64,000 bases of DNA from Ginglymostoma cirratum (Eukaryota), in assembly GCA_024137785.1 (NCBI GenBank), contig JAHRHZ010000263.1, positions 37,136,843 through 37,200,842 on the forward strand, written 5' to 3'. The notes below the pieces were generated by a model. It did not search any database and was not told the DNA's origin. It worked only from the letters and a program-made list of their open reading frames with translations. Position 1 is the first letter of the stretch. Every line of letters starts with the position of its first letter. Shown piece after piece: positions 12,060 through 23,662 of this stretch. Made by a program: the position numbers and the translations under genes.

Positions 12060-13508
12060 AAGTTAGAGGATTGGAAAGCCTTTAAAAACCTATAAAGTCA
12101 ACTGAAAGGGAGGAGAACTTGAAATATGAGGGTAAGCTAGTTAGTAGAAGATTGCAAGAGTATTTTTAAATGTGAAAAAAGGTAAGAGAAAGGCAAATGT
12201 GGACATTGGAATTTTGGAACATGAGGCTGGAGAAGTAGTAATGGGGAACAAAGAAACGGCAGAGGAAATGACTAGGTACATTGCATCAGTTTTCATGGTG
12301 GAATACATCAGCAGCATACCAGAATTTCAAGGCAGTCAGGGGACAGAGGAGAGTGTTGTGGTCATCAATAAGGAGAAGGGAGTGGGGAAGCTGAAACGTG
12401 AGAAGGTGGAGAAATCACTCACATCAGATGGTTTACACCCCAGGGTTCTGAAGGAGATAGCTGAGGAGATTGTAGAAGCATTGGTGGTGATCTTTCAGCA
12501 ATCCCTGGAGTCAGGGAGGGTCTGAGAGGACTGGAAAATGGCTGACATAACGCACCTATTTTAAAAAGGGAGGGAAGCAGAAATTATAGGCCAGGTGCTA
12601 TATAAATTATAGCACAGGTGGTCATTGCTAAGATTTTAGAAACCATTGTTAAGGTCAAGATTGTGGGATATTTGAAAGTGCATGGTAACATAGGGCTGAG
12701 TCAGCACAGCTTCATCAAGGGGAGGTCATGCCCGATAAATCTCTTAGAATTAGCAAGTTAGACAAAGGAGAGACAGTGGACGTGATCTATTTGGATTTCC
12801 AAGGGCCTTTGACAAAGTGCTGCACTGGAGACTGCTAAATAAGATAAGAGCTCATGGTGTTAGGGGTAAGGCATGGACGGATAGAAGATTGACTGATCGA
12901 CAGTTAGGAAGGTAAATGCAACGTTAGCGTTTGCTTAAGGGAACTAGACTACAAGAGCAGAAATGTACTGCTGAGGTTGTATATGGCTGTGGTTAAATCG
13001 CATTTGGAATATTGTGAGCAATTTTGGGCCCCATATCTAAGGAAAGATATGCTGTCGGTGGGGGTTCGATGGAGGTTTGGAAGAACGTTTCTAGGAGTGA
13101 AGGGCTTGTCATTTGAGGAGTGTTTGAGGACTCTGGGCCTGTACTCGATGGAGTTTAGAAGGATGAGTGGAGTGGATCTGATTTAAATGAATATCGAGCG
13201 GGCTAGATGGAGTGGATGCAGAGAAGATGTTTCTACTAATGTGAGAGGGCACAGCGTAGTGAAGGGATGACTTGTTAAAACTGAGATGAGGAGGAATTTC
13301 TTCAACCAGAGGGTGGTGAATCTTTGGGACCCGTTGCAACAGGAGGCCAAGTAATTGAGTGTCTTTAAAACAGAGATTGATAGTTAAGGATCAACGGATA
13401 CGTGGGGAAGGCAGGCGAATGGGGTTGAGAAACATATCAGCCATGATTGAATGGCGGAGAAGATGCAATGGGCCAAATGGCTTAATTCTGCTCCTGTGTC
13501 TTGTGGTC
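12060..13508 (+). mobile_element. Decayed CR1 ORF2 and 3'UTR
   Basis: DGLHPRVLKEIAEEIVEALVVIFQQSL and HLEYCEQFWAPYLRKD motifs; 3'UTR with gggccaaatggctt. Confidence 0.85.
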
Positions 13509-15599
13509 CATTTTTATAATGAACAATCCATGTAGCTATCTGTTAGTTCAGAACTTGATGATTTTCTTTGAAGTTTTTCATCGTGCACTCAGGACAATCA
13601 AGAGAAGAATACAAATGATTGTCGGTCAAGCTGACAGTGTGGCGCACTTGTTCATGTGCAAGTTACACATGTTAATATACAGGGCTCCGTTCTTTGCAGA
13701 CAGGAGGACCTTGTACATGCACTGCACCTATTTCAACTCGACAAATAGGTCATAACTTTGGTTCATTTTTCAGGCCAATGCCATGACCAATCAGTCAGCC
13801 ATCCTGGTTTAAAATTTACGAAGCTTGGCTGTAGGCTGTCAGTCACCATCTAACTGTTGCAATGTGCATAGCAATTTTTCTACCAATCAGAGTCCACTTG
13901 TCAAACAGTCAGCACTTTCCTCTCATACAGTATAAATGTTCTTTTCTCCTTACAATTGTATTTCTTGCAAATTGTCCTGATAAATTCAAGCCAAAGAGTT
14001 TCAATAAAATGTGTCTTTTTTGCAGCAGTACTGAAAAATGCCAATGTAAAATCTCAATCCAGCAGTGGTTGTACTCCAGTGTGATTGGTTCACACTGGCA
14101 GTTTAATTGCAAATGTCATTAAGAGATCAGGAGATAAAAGGGAGAGGAAAGTAGTGGTAAGATTGAAAATAGGTATTATATTTGTGAAAACTTTGTCCTT
14201 TTTCCACCAAGTGGTTTCATATTACTGCAAACTGGGAAGAGCTGCACAGATTTGGCTCAATTGAGGGCTTGGTTGAACATTATGATGAACATTCTTCTGC
14301 TTTCAGCAATAAAATTCAGTTAGCATAGTTATTTCTGAAGGTTAGAATGCCTGTGGAAGTTTTGCAGTCTAGTAATTGCAAATCGGCATTGCTGAAATGA
14401 AGCAGCCTCTGCCTTAAGAGTGAATTAATTTATCTACTGCAAGACCATCTGTGCAGTTACGGGTGAAAATGTATCTGTCAAGGCAACAGGTCTGCATCAA
14501 TTCCTTTAGAATGCTATCTCCAGTTTTGAGATTGCTGTTGGTACCAACACCACAATTTGAAACAGGCAGAAGCTGCACAGCAGCAAACTCAATTTGAAAC
14601 ACTTTCATTCTTTTGCTTGAGGACTAGGATATCAAGATTTGCTAATTGAATCCACATCTGGATCTGTGGCATTTAATGTTCATTAGATTTTTATACTTTG
14701 GGTCTTTCCTGCAATGTTCTTCCATGTTTGACTACCCTATGGTTTATTGGGAAGGGAACTACTGCTGCAGCATTAGCTCTGCCAGGCCTTTTTATCAACC
14801 ATATCTTGAAGACCATATTTATCTGTTCTGCTATTGCTGTGTTCCGGACAAACAACACACAAATTGACTGCCATGCTTCCTACTTTACAGCATTTTCAAG
14901 CACTTAATTGGCTGTAAATTGCTTTAGGACATCCTTAGGCTAGTTTGTTCTTTCCTTCATCTGGAAGAATGCTGGATAGAAGCTGTGTTCCCATCTGACA
15001 GCCTGCACACATCTGCATTTTCTAACAGGTGAACAAACCTCACTTTTACATATGGCTCAACTATGTAGGTGGCCCTCTTGCCAATAGAAGCTGGAATGGC
15101 AGATGTGGTGCCCCTCCTGGAGTAAATGTTACACAACAGCTAGTATCTTAGAGCATCAGTGCATAGTACGAGAATAAGGTAAGTTCTGAGCCAGTGCCCA
15201 GGACCCCTTACACTGCTGATATCTTAATCTCAGACCTATCACCTTGGTAAAATGATTAGCAGGTACACGTCATTTCTCTACAGGGAGGAGGAAATAATCA
15301 AGGGCAGGTCTAATTACTGAGCTGCCCTGATGACCTGCTCAATAGAGCAATGGCAGTAACTCACCTGTCTGCTATCCCGGTAGTATATGGGATTGGGAAC
15401 AGAAAATGGCAGGAAAAATGTGGGTTCATGCCTAGTGGTAAGAATTCAATTAGCTCATTAAATACAACTGTCTTGTCCTAGATAAATTTATGAAAGGAAA
15501 TGAAATATCTGTGGTATGTGTCTGCAATTGGGTAAACCTGGTGTGTTATTGCCAACAGCTATGTTCAATCCAGAAGACACACTTTGGCTTCCAAAGTGA

Positions 15600-15690
15600 A
15601 AAACTCTGGATTCTGGAAATAAAATCAGAAACTGTTGGAAATACTCTGCAAATGGATGGTATTTGCAGAGAGAGAAATACAGTTAACGAC
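15600..15690 (-). mobile_element. Penelope-like short unit (old, partial)
   Basis: tctggaaataaaatcagaaactgttggaaatactc...gagagaaatacagttaacg. Confidence 0.5.
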
Positions 15691-15804
15691 ATCATTAAAA
15701 AGATTGAAAACCTGTGGACTCTTAGTCATTAAAATCCCGATTGTTCAACTCTTCAACATTGCATAAGACCAAATGAAATAGTGACTGGAGTAGGCTGTGC
15801 TACT

Positions 15805-15976
15805 GAATTTATCACTGCCTGCAAATGTTAGCCAAAATATTCAATAAGCTCTCCACTCCTGATTGAAATCGTAATATAAAGTGAACACGGTCCAATGGTC
15901 CTTCGAATCTGAAGTGTAGGCACCTCATGGAGATACTGAAGGGCATTCATCACTTGTTTGAAGTATGATCTGGAAG
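15805..15976 (+). repeat. Direct repeat of about 170 bp, copy 1 (copy 2 at 16850-17021)
   Basis: ttagccaaaatattca..ctcctgattgaaatcgtaatataaagtgaac..gaatctgaagtgtag.cacctcatggagatactgaaggg occurs twice at an offset of 1045. Confidence 0.9.
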
Positions 15977-16849
15977 ATTGCTCCATTATTCAACAATATC
16001 ATGGCCATATCTCTCCATCAACTTCACTTTCCTGCCCTTAATAAGAGCTTAGGAAATAGGAGTGACCGGTTGGCCCCTTGAGCCTCCTCTACCCTTCTAT
16101 AAGATCCTGACTGATCTGGTTGTGACCCTGGCTTCACTTTGCTGCCTGCTCCCCATGACCTTTGACTCCCTTGTAAGACTGAAAATCTTCCTCATATCTC
16201 TTGGTTTCCTTTATGCCCAAGAATCTGTTGATCTGTGTTGAATAAACTCATTGTCTGAACACCCATATGCCTTTGGAGTGACAAAATCCAAAGACTCTCA
16301 GTTCTCTGAGTGAAGATATTTCTCTTCAATCAGTCCATGTTTGAACCAAGGCTGCAATGAGGTCAGGAGTTGAGCGACCCTGGCAGAACCCAAACTGGGC
16401 ATCATTGAGCAGATATTGCTGAGCTATCACTCCTTGATAGCATTACTGATGACACCTTCCATCACTTTACTGATAATTGAGAGTAGACTGATGGGACAGT
16501 GCTGCAGAGGTGATCTGCACAATGCACTGCACAAATTCAGCTTGCAAAAACCCATGATCACCAGATTCGAATTCCATTTGTTTTTAAAATTTGCGTATCT
16601 TTCTTTAACTGCTCTCCCAACCCACTTGTAATCATTTATTTTGCTATCGAAAAGTTCAAATGAAATTAGAAATTAGAAACATAATATTGCTGTTAACTGT
16701 TTAGCTTGTTAAGTCTGAATATTGCATGCCAAAGCATCCCTTTGACATAGCATCAGATTTAAACTGTCAAAGCGATTGGGGAGGAATATGCCACAGTGAT
16801 AACGAGACTACTGTGGGCAGCTTTCTTCCAGGACAATAACAAGCACCTT

Positions 16850-17021
16850 AAATTCATCACCGCCCACAAATTTTAGCCAAAATATTCAGTAAGATCTCTA
16901 CTCCTGATTGAAATCGTAATATAAAGTGAACGTGGCCTAATCATCTTCCGAATCTGAAGTGTAGACACCTCATGGAGATACTGAAGGGTATTCAGCACCA
17001 GTTTGAAGTATAATCTGCAAG
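16850..17021 (+). repeat. Direct repeat of about 170 bp, copy 2
   Basis: Matches copy 1 at roughly 80-85% identity by eye. Confidence 0.9.
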
Positions 17022-17127
17022 TCTGCACATGTAGCTGGAACAGGTACAATGGGCTGATCAGCCTCCATCCGTCCTGTCTCATCCTATGACTCTGATTTTA
17101 GAAGAAGAGCAGAAACAAGTATGACTA

Positions 17128-17420
17128 ACAAAATCAGAAATTGCTGGAAAAGCTCAGGAGATTTGACAGCATTTGTGGAGAGAAAGCAGAGTTAACATTT
17201 CAGGTCCAGTGACCCTTTTTCAGTCCTCCAGCAATTTCTGATTTTTGTTTCTGATTTCCAGCTTAGGCAGTTTTAAAGTTTTTTTTAAAATCGAGTTCTG
17301 AAGAATGGTGGCTGAACACAAAACATTAACTCTGTTTTCTCGCTACAGATGCTGCTTCTGCATTGCTGAGCTTTCCAGCAATTTCTAGTTTTGTTTCTGA
17401 TTTACAGCATGCACCATTTG
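17128..17420. mobile_element. Compound inverted and tandem Penelope-like units with degenerate hammerheads
   Basis: A minus copy (17128-17223), a plus 3' half (about 17227-17285) and a plus full copy starting gagttCTGAAGA at 17293. Confidence 0.7.
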
Positions 17421-17840
17421 GATTTTTTCTTTAAATCAGATATAAGTACTTTCATTAATACCTTATGACTTTTTTTCTCCATATGAGATTGTGCAGTGTC
17501 ACTAAGGACTGACAGATATTTGCTATAGTACAGGTATAAAGCTCCTGTACTTTGTGGTTAGCAAGTGTGAGGAATTGCTCTGTCATCACTAGAATTCAGC
17601 TGGCTTCATCTTGTGGCAGTAGTATTTGGCAACATCCAAACATTCCCACAATATCAAAGTTAAACTGAAGAGGAGATGCTGCAGTTGGAAACATTGTAAC
17701 TGTTCCTGGAGCAAGATCCATCATTATTTAATAACAGCTGGACCAGAGACCATGACAAAATGAGAGAAAAAATAATGTATGCAGGTATATCTCCTCAGCT
17801 CAGTTTTGGCTGATGCAAAAGGCAAATCAAAGTCAACTTT

Positions 17841-18169
17841 CATAGAATCATAGAATCCCTACAGTGTGGAAACAGGCCCTTTGGCCCAACAAGTCCACAC
17901 TGACCCTCAGAACATCCCACCCAGACCCATCCCTGCAACCCACCTAATTTATACATTCCTGAACACTGCGGGCAATTTAGCATGGTCAATCAACCTAGCC
18001 TGCACATTTTTGGACTGTGCGAGGAAACCGGAGTACCCAGAGGAAACCTACGCAGACACGGGGGGAGTGTGCAAACTCCACACAGACAGTCGCCCGAGGG
18101 TGGAATCCAACCCAGGTCCATGGTGCTGTGAGGCAGCAGTGCTAACCACTGAGCCACCGTGCCACCCCT
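17841..18169 (-). mobile_element. HE1-type V-SINE
   Basis: (CATAGAAT)2 tail, V domain and tRNA head (ctaaccactgagccaccgtgccaccc) on the minus strand. Confidence 0.9.
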
Positions 18170-18339
18170 AATCCATATTTTCATAAAATTCTGGTGCAAT
18201 TGCATTGCTAATGATGGGAAGTAGCATAGATCAAAAGATTGGACTTCAACAGGCATCGATCATGGGGAATTTACCATCTTCAGAAATAAGCCTGTGGCTT
18301 CTATTGGCAGAGGCAATTAATTACAAGATCAGTTGCTTT

Positions 18340-18580
18340 GTGAATCAACTGTACTTCCAAAGTCAATGTGGAATTCACTATCCTAGAGTGCTGTGAATGA
18401 CATAACATTGAATATATTTAAGGAGATGGACAGCTTTTTAATTGTTTGTAATTATTTATGAGTTAATTGGTTATGAGGAATGGCCAGGAAAATAGAGTTC
18501 AGGCCAAGATGAGATCAGCCGTGACCATATCAAATGGCGGAGCAGGCTGAATTGCCTGCTCCTGCTCCTAGTTCTTATGT
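18340..18580 (+). mobile_element. CR1 3' end
   Basis: tgtggaattcacta...gatcagcc...cctgctcctgctcctagttcttatgttc. Confidence 0.7.
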
Positions 18581-18799
18581 TCAGCTTAACAAGATGAAAC
18601 CAATGTGTATGAGGAACATCCTTGGATCTAGTTTCAGTCATAGGAGAGTACGACGAGTGCACCAGCTCCTGATTTTTACAGCATTAAGGCAGGCTCCGCC
18701 AATCTTCATGAAAGAAGTGCACAATTAGTTGAATGTTGCCAGGCAACTGAATATTTAATTTTGTGGGAGAATTTAGAATTAGAAGCGTCCAAAGTGATT

Positions 18800-20400
18800 T
18801 GAACAAAAAGCAGTACAGTACAGGAAAAGGCCCTTCGGCCCACCAAGTCTGCGCTGACACATGATGCCTTTCTAAACTAAAAAAAACTTACTGTCTCTAC
18901 ACAGTCCGTATCCCTGTATTCCTTGCCTATTCATGTATCTGTCCAGATGCTTGTTAAACATTGCTATTGTATCTGTTTCTACCACCTCCTCTGGCAGTGC
19001 ATTCCAACCACTTACCACCCTTTGTGTAAAAAAAAAACCTGCCTCTCATATCTCCTTTAATCTTATCCTATTTTACCTTAAACCTATGACCCCTAGTAAT
19101 TGACATTTCTACACTGGGAAAAAGACTGACTGTCTATTCTATCCATGCCTCTCAAAATGTTATAAACTTCTATCATATCGAACCCCATCCTTTGATGTTC
19201 AAGTGAAAACAAACTAAGTTTGTCTAATCTCTCCTCGTAGCCCTTCAATGCCCTTCAAACGAGGCAACGTCCTGATAAACCTTTTTTTTCTGTACCCTCT
19301 CCAAAGTCTACACATCCTTCCAGTAGTGTGGTGACCAGACTGAAAGCAATATTCCAAATGTGGCCTGACTAAAATTCTATACAGCTGCAGTGTGATTTGC
19401 CAATTTTTGTACTCTATTTCCCGACCAATGAAGGTAAGCATGCCATGTGCCTTCTTGACCACCTTATCCACTTGTGCTGCCGCTTTCAGGGAACCGTGTA
19501 CCAGTGCAATCCCTCTGTATGTTAATGATTTTCAGGATTCTGCTATTTACTGTATACTTCCCTCCTATATTAGAACTTCCAAAATGCATCTCCTTGCATT
19601 AGTCTGGATTAAATTCCTTCTGCCTTTTTTCCACCCTTGTCTCCAACCTATCCATATTCTGCTGTATCCACTGGCAATCATCCTCATTATCCGCAGCTTA
19701 AATCTTTGTGTCATTCACAAAGTTACAAATAAGGCCAACTACATTCTCCTCCAAATCATTCATATATTACAAATGACAGGGGTCCCAGCTCTGATCCCTG
19801 TGGAACACCACTAGTCACAGACCTCTAGTCAGAAAATCACACCTCCACTGCTACTTTGTATCCCAGAAATTTTCTCCCTTACCTCGCTCAGTATTCTTGT
19901 ATAGATCCTATCAGGTTCTCAGGACTTGTTTGGCTTAATGCTTATCAAAACACTGAACACCATCTCCTTTTTTATAGTGACTTGACCTAGAATATCAACG
20001 TACCTCTCCCAAGACTCACCATCCACTGTGTCCTTCTCCTTTGTGAATACCGATGTAAAGTATTTGTTAAGGACCTCACCCACTTCCTGCAGCTCCAGGC
20101 ATAAATTCCCTCCATTGTCCTTGAATAGGCCTGTCCTTTCCCTAGGTACCTTCTTGCTCCTTGCACATGTATAAAACGCTTTGGGATTTTCCTTAATTTT
20201 GTTTGCCAAGGACCTTTCCTGGCCCCTTTTAGCCCTCCTAACTCCTTGTTCAAGTTCTTTCCTGCATTCTTCATATTCTTTGAGGCTTCTGTCTTCAGTT
20301 TCCTCAACCTTATGTATGCCTCCTTTTTCTTTTTGACTAATCTCACAATTTCTCTTGTCGTCCGAATCTTGCCAACCTTATCCTTCATTTTCAAAGGAAC
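18800..20400 (-). mobile_element. CR1/HER1 LINE ORF2 remnant with an internal deletion
   Basis: Minus-strand ORFs encode KIKENPKAFY, EVLNKYFTSVFTKE and LYRILVRPHLEYC. The 3'UTR ggcccttcggccc hairpin lies near 18830. Confidence 0.88.
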
Positions 20401-20409
20401 AAATTCTCC

Positions 20410-20665
20410 AAGAGAATTTTTCTCTCATCTTTCTCTCATAGAGGGTTGTGAACATTTTGAACTCATTTCCTCAAAAGGTAGTGGGAGTAGATTCTTTGAA
20501 TATATTTTTAAGGCAGAAGTAGATGGATTCTTGATAAGCAAGGGGTTGAAGGTTATCAGGGTAGGCTAGAATGTGAGGTAATCTGATCAGCAATGATCTG
20601 ACTGAATGGCAGAGCAAGCTTGACAGGCCAAGAGATCTACCTTGCTCCGAATGTGTATGTTTATA
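20410..20665 (+). mobile_element. CR1 3' end
   Basis: tttaaggcagaagtagatggattcttgataagcaagggg (FKAEVDGFLISKG) followed by the 3'UTR. Confidence 0.7.
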
Positions 20666-21849
20666 TGCTGCACCATGAAAGGCCAAAAAAAGACTTGCGT
20701 TTACGTAGTACCCTCCATGGCACCCTTCTTGACGTCAAGACTACTTTTCAACTCATAAAGCACATTTGATGTGTAGTCATTTCAATAATGTGACAGCCAT
20801 TGTGCACAAAGCACGATCCCAGTATCAACAGTGAGTAGGTGACTTTGACACCTTTGACAACATTGACTCGAGGAATAAGTATTTGCTTGGGCATTGTGTG
20901 GAGACCGCCTACTGTTCACCATTTACAAACACGTTTGGGGACATCATGTAATGAACTGAACTAGTGTCCACAGGTAATGTAAGTGGGCCTGTCAGAAAAC
21001 ATCAGCTCAGGTCCTTTGCATCTGAGGGTACTGTTGAGCATGATAGACTCAGTTGAAGCAACACTTTCCTCCTGCAACCTGGCAGCCCTGGGTCAGACTT
21101 GTGTGATCTAGATTTCTGATTGATAACTTCCACAGTGGATTCATTAGACCCAAGAGGACCCTTTCTTAAATGGAGAAGATATTTCCATTTCCTCCACTCC
21201 GGAGATTCTCAATGAGAAACCATAAATAGTTAATGCACATTACATGTTCTGTTTGATGGTTTCAATTCTTGCCAATCGAAAACAGAGCCAAGATCACCCA
21301 AGGTTTCTATCTGTGATGAATAAGATACCGTTGTATGGAGCAGGAATCACATCCAGCCTCCAAGCCCAAATTGGCATTATTTCAAGTTCGACCATTGCTC
21401 CAAGGGAAGGTCAGCCCCATATTTCTCAAGAGTAGAAGGTTTTTTGGTGGGTTCTTGCTGCATTAATGACTGCTGGTAGATTGTAAGTGACTAGTTGACT
21501 TGTTGCAAGTTGTTCACTGAAAATCTACTTTTTTTTTGCCAGATGCCAGCACTAATCAAGGCGATGATGATCAGTATCAGGGACAGGCTTGTTCCCTCCA
21601 GATCTTACCGATGTTTCACTAGTTTTCTTCTGACCGTAGGAGCGCTCTGATATTGCAACAGTTGGAACGTAATCTTAAGATTATAAGATCTTAAGATCAT
21701 AAGATCTTCCAAGGATAGTTACTTATTTTGGACTGTGCACCTCTCACTTTTCCATGGGACTGTGTTAAAGCTTTTTAACAGTTTTGAGGTGGTACACAGA
21801 TGATCAAAATTATTTCATGATCAAAATGAAATAAATACTTTTATTTGGT

Positions 21850-22935
21850 TGTGAAATGTGATCATGGCTGGCAAAGCCAGCATTTATTGACCCTCCTAAT
21901 TGCCCTGGAGAAGGTGATGATGAGCTTCCTCCTCCAACTATTCTAGCTGTTACAGTATAGAGACACCACAGTGATGCTGGGAAGGGAGTTCCAGGATTTT
22001 GTCGCAGCGACAGTGAAGGAACAGTGATGTATTTGCAAGCCTGGTTGTTGAGTGGCTTGGATGGGAACTTGCAGGTAGTGATGTTCCGTAACATCAAACA
22101 TCCTTATCTGTCGGGGTAATAGAGGTCAGCGTTGCTGTAGCAACATTGATGAGTTATTGTAGGGCACCTTGTCAGCTAGACCAACTGTGCATTGGTGGAG
22201 AAGGGAATGAAAGTTGATTGTGGTGGATGTGGCTAATCAGATAGGTTGCTTTGTCTTGGATGGTGGTCATCTTATTGAGTGTTGATGGAATTGCATTCAT
22301 CTAGGCACATGTGAAGTATTTCATGGAACTCTTGAACTGTGCCTTGTAAATGATGTGCTGGTTTTGAGAAGTCAGGAGGTGAGTAATTTGATGCAATATT
22401 CCTAGGTCTTGTAGCCATTGTATTTATATGGCCAGATATATCATCTTTCCCTCTCTGCCACTCTGAGACAGATTGTTGGTAATGGGGAATTCAGCAATCG
22501 TAATGCTGTTGAATGTGAAGAGATGATGGTTAGATTTTCTCTTGTTGAAGATGATCAATGCCTGACATTTATGTGGCACGAATGTTATTTGCCACTTCTC
22601 AGCCCAAACCTGGATATTGTCCAGATTTTGTTGCGTTTGAATATGGAGTACTCCAGTATCTGAGGAGTCACAAATGGTGCTGAATGTTTTACAAACATCA
22701 GTAAACATTCCCATTTCTGACATTATAATGAAGAGAAGGTCATTGAAGAAGCAGCTGAAGATGAATGGGTCTAGGACACTACCCTGAAGAACTCCTGCAG
22801 AGAAGTCTTGGAGCTGAGATGACTGACCTCCAACAACCACAACCATCTTCCACTGTGCCAGCTATGACTCCAACCAGTGAATAACTTTCCCCGATTTTCT
22901 TTGACTCCAGTTTTACTAGAGCTCCTTGATGCATT
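21850..22935 (-). mobile_element. CR1-group LINE family B (RT and 3'UTR), decayed
   Basis: VVVGGQSSQLQDFSAGVLQGSVLDP..EMGMFTDVC..LDNIQVWAEKWQITF; tail ccagcatttattgaccctcctaattgccc. Confidence 0.82.
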
Positions 22936-22944
22936 TTCACTGAG

Positions 22945-23110
22945 ACCTGGGTGTCCTTGTGCACCAGTCACTGAAAGTAAATGTGCAGGTGCAGCAAGCA
23001 GTAAAGAAGGCAAACTGTATGTTGGCCTTCATAGTGAGAGGATTTGAGTATAGAACAAGAATGTCCTGCTGCAATGATCAGAGCACTGGTGAGAACACAC
23101 CTGGAATGTT
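22945..23110 (+). mobile_element. Short CR1 RT fragment
   Basis: DLGVLVHQSLKVNVQVQQAVKKANCMLAFIVRGFEYR. Confidence 0.75.
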
Positions 23111-23662
23111 GTTTGGCATGTCCATAGGGGCCCTCACCAACTACTACAGATGTGCCATTGAATGTATACTGCCTGGGTGCATAATGGCCTGGTATGGCAA
23201 CTGCTCTGCCCAGGACCATTAGAAACTACAGAAGGTTGTGTGTGCAGCCCAGACCATCATGGAAGCCAATCTTCTATCCATGGAATCCATTTACACAGCT
23301 CGTTGCCATGGAAAGGCTGCCAACATCAAAGACTCATTACCGGGGTATGATGTTCTCCTACAACCTCTTCTGTCAGGCAGAAGATACAGAAGCCTGAACA
23401 CACACACCAGCAGGTTCAGGAACAGCTTCTTCCTGACTGTTATCAGACTGATGAATGGACTTTCTAGCCTCAAATAACGCTGATCTTGCTAACATTGATC
23501 TCGCCTAGCGCACACCCTGTGCAATGTAACCTGTATGCCTCTAAGTTTTTTTTTCACCCTATGATCTGTATGTCCTTGCTTACTTTGATCTGCATGTTAT
23601 GCTCACAAACAAATCTTTGCAGTGTACTTTGGTACATGTGACAATGAATCAATCAATCAATC
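23110..23662 (+). mobile_element. Rex1/Babar-type non-LTR retrotransposon, 3' end
   Basis: LTNYYRCAIECILPGCIMAWYGNCSAQD and LQPLLSGRRYRSLNTHTSRFRNSFF are Rex1 C-terminal motifs. The element ends in an (AATC)n tail. Confidence 0.8.

Noticed and set aside
21672-21708. Short repeat atcttaagattataagatcttaagatcataagatctt
   Set aside because: A tiny microsatellite resembling an orphan CR1 tail, with no further structure.
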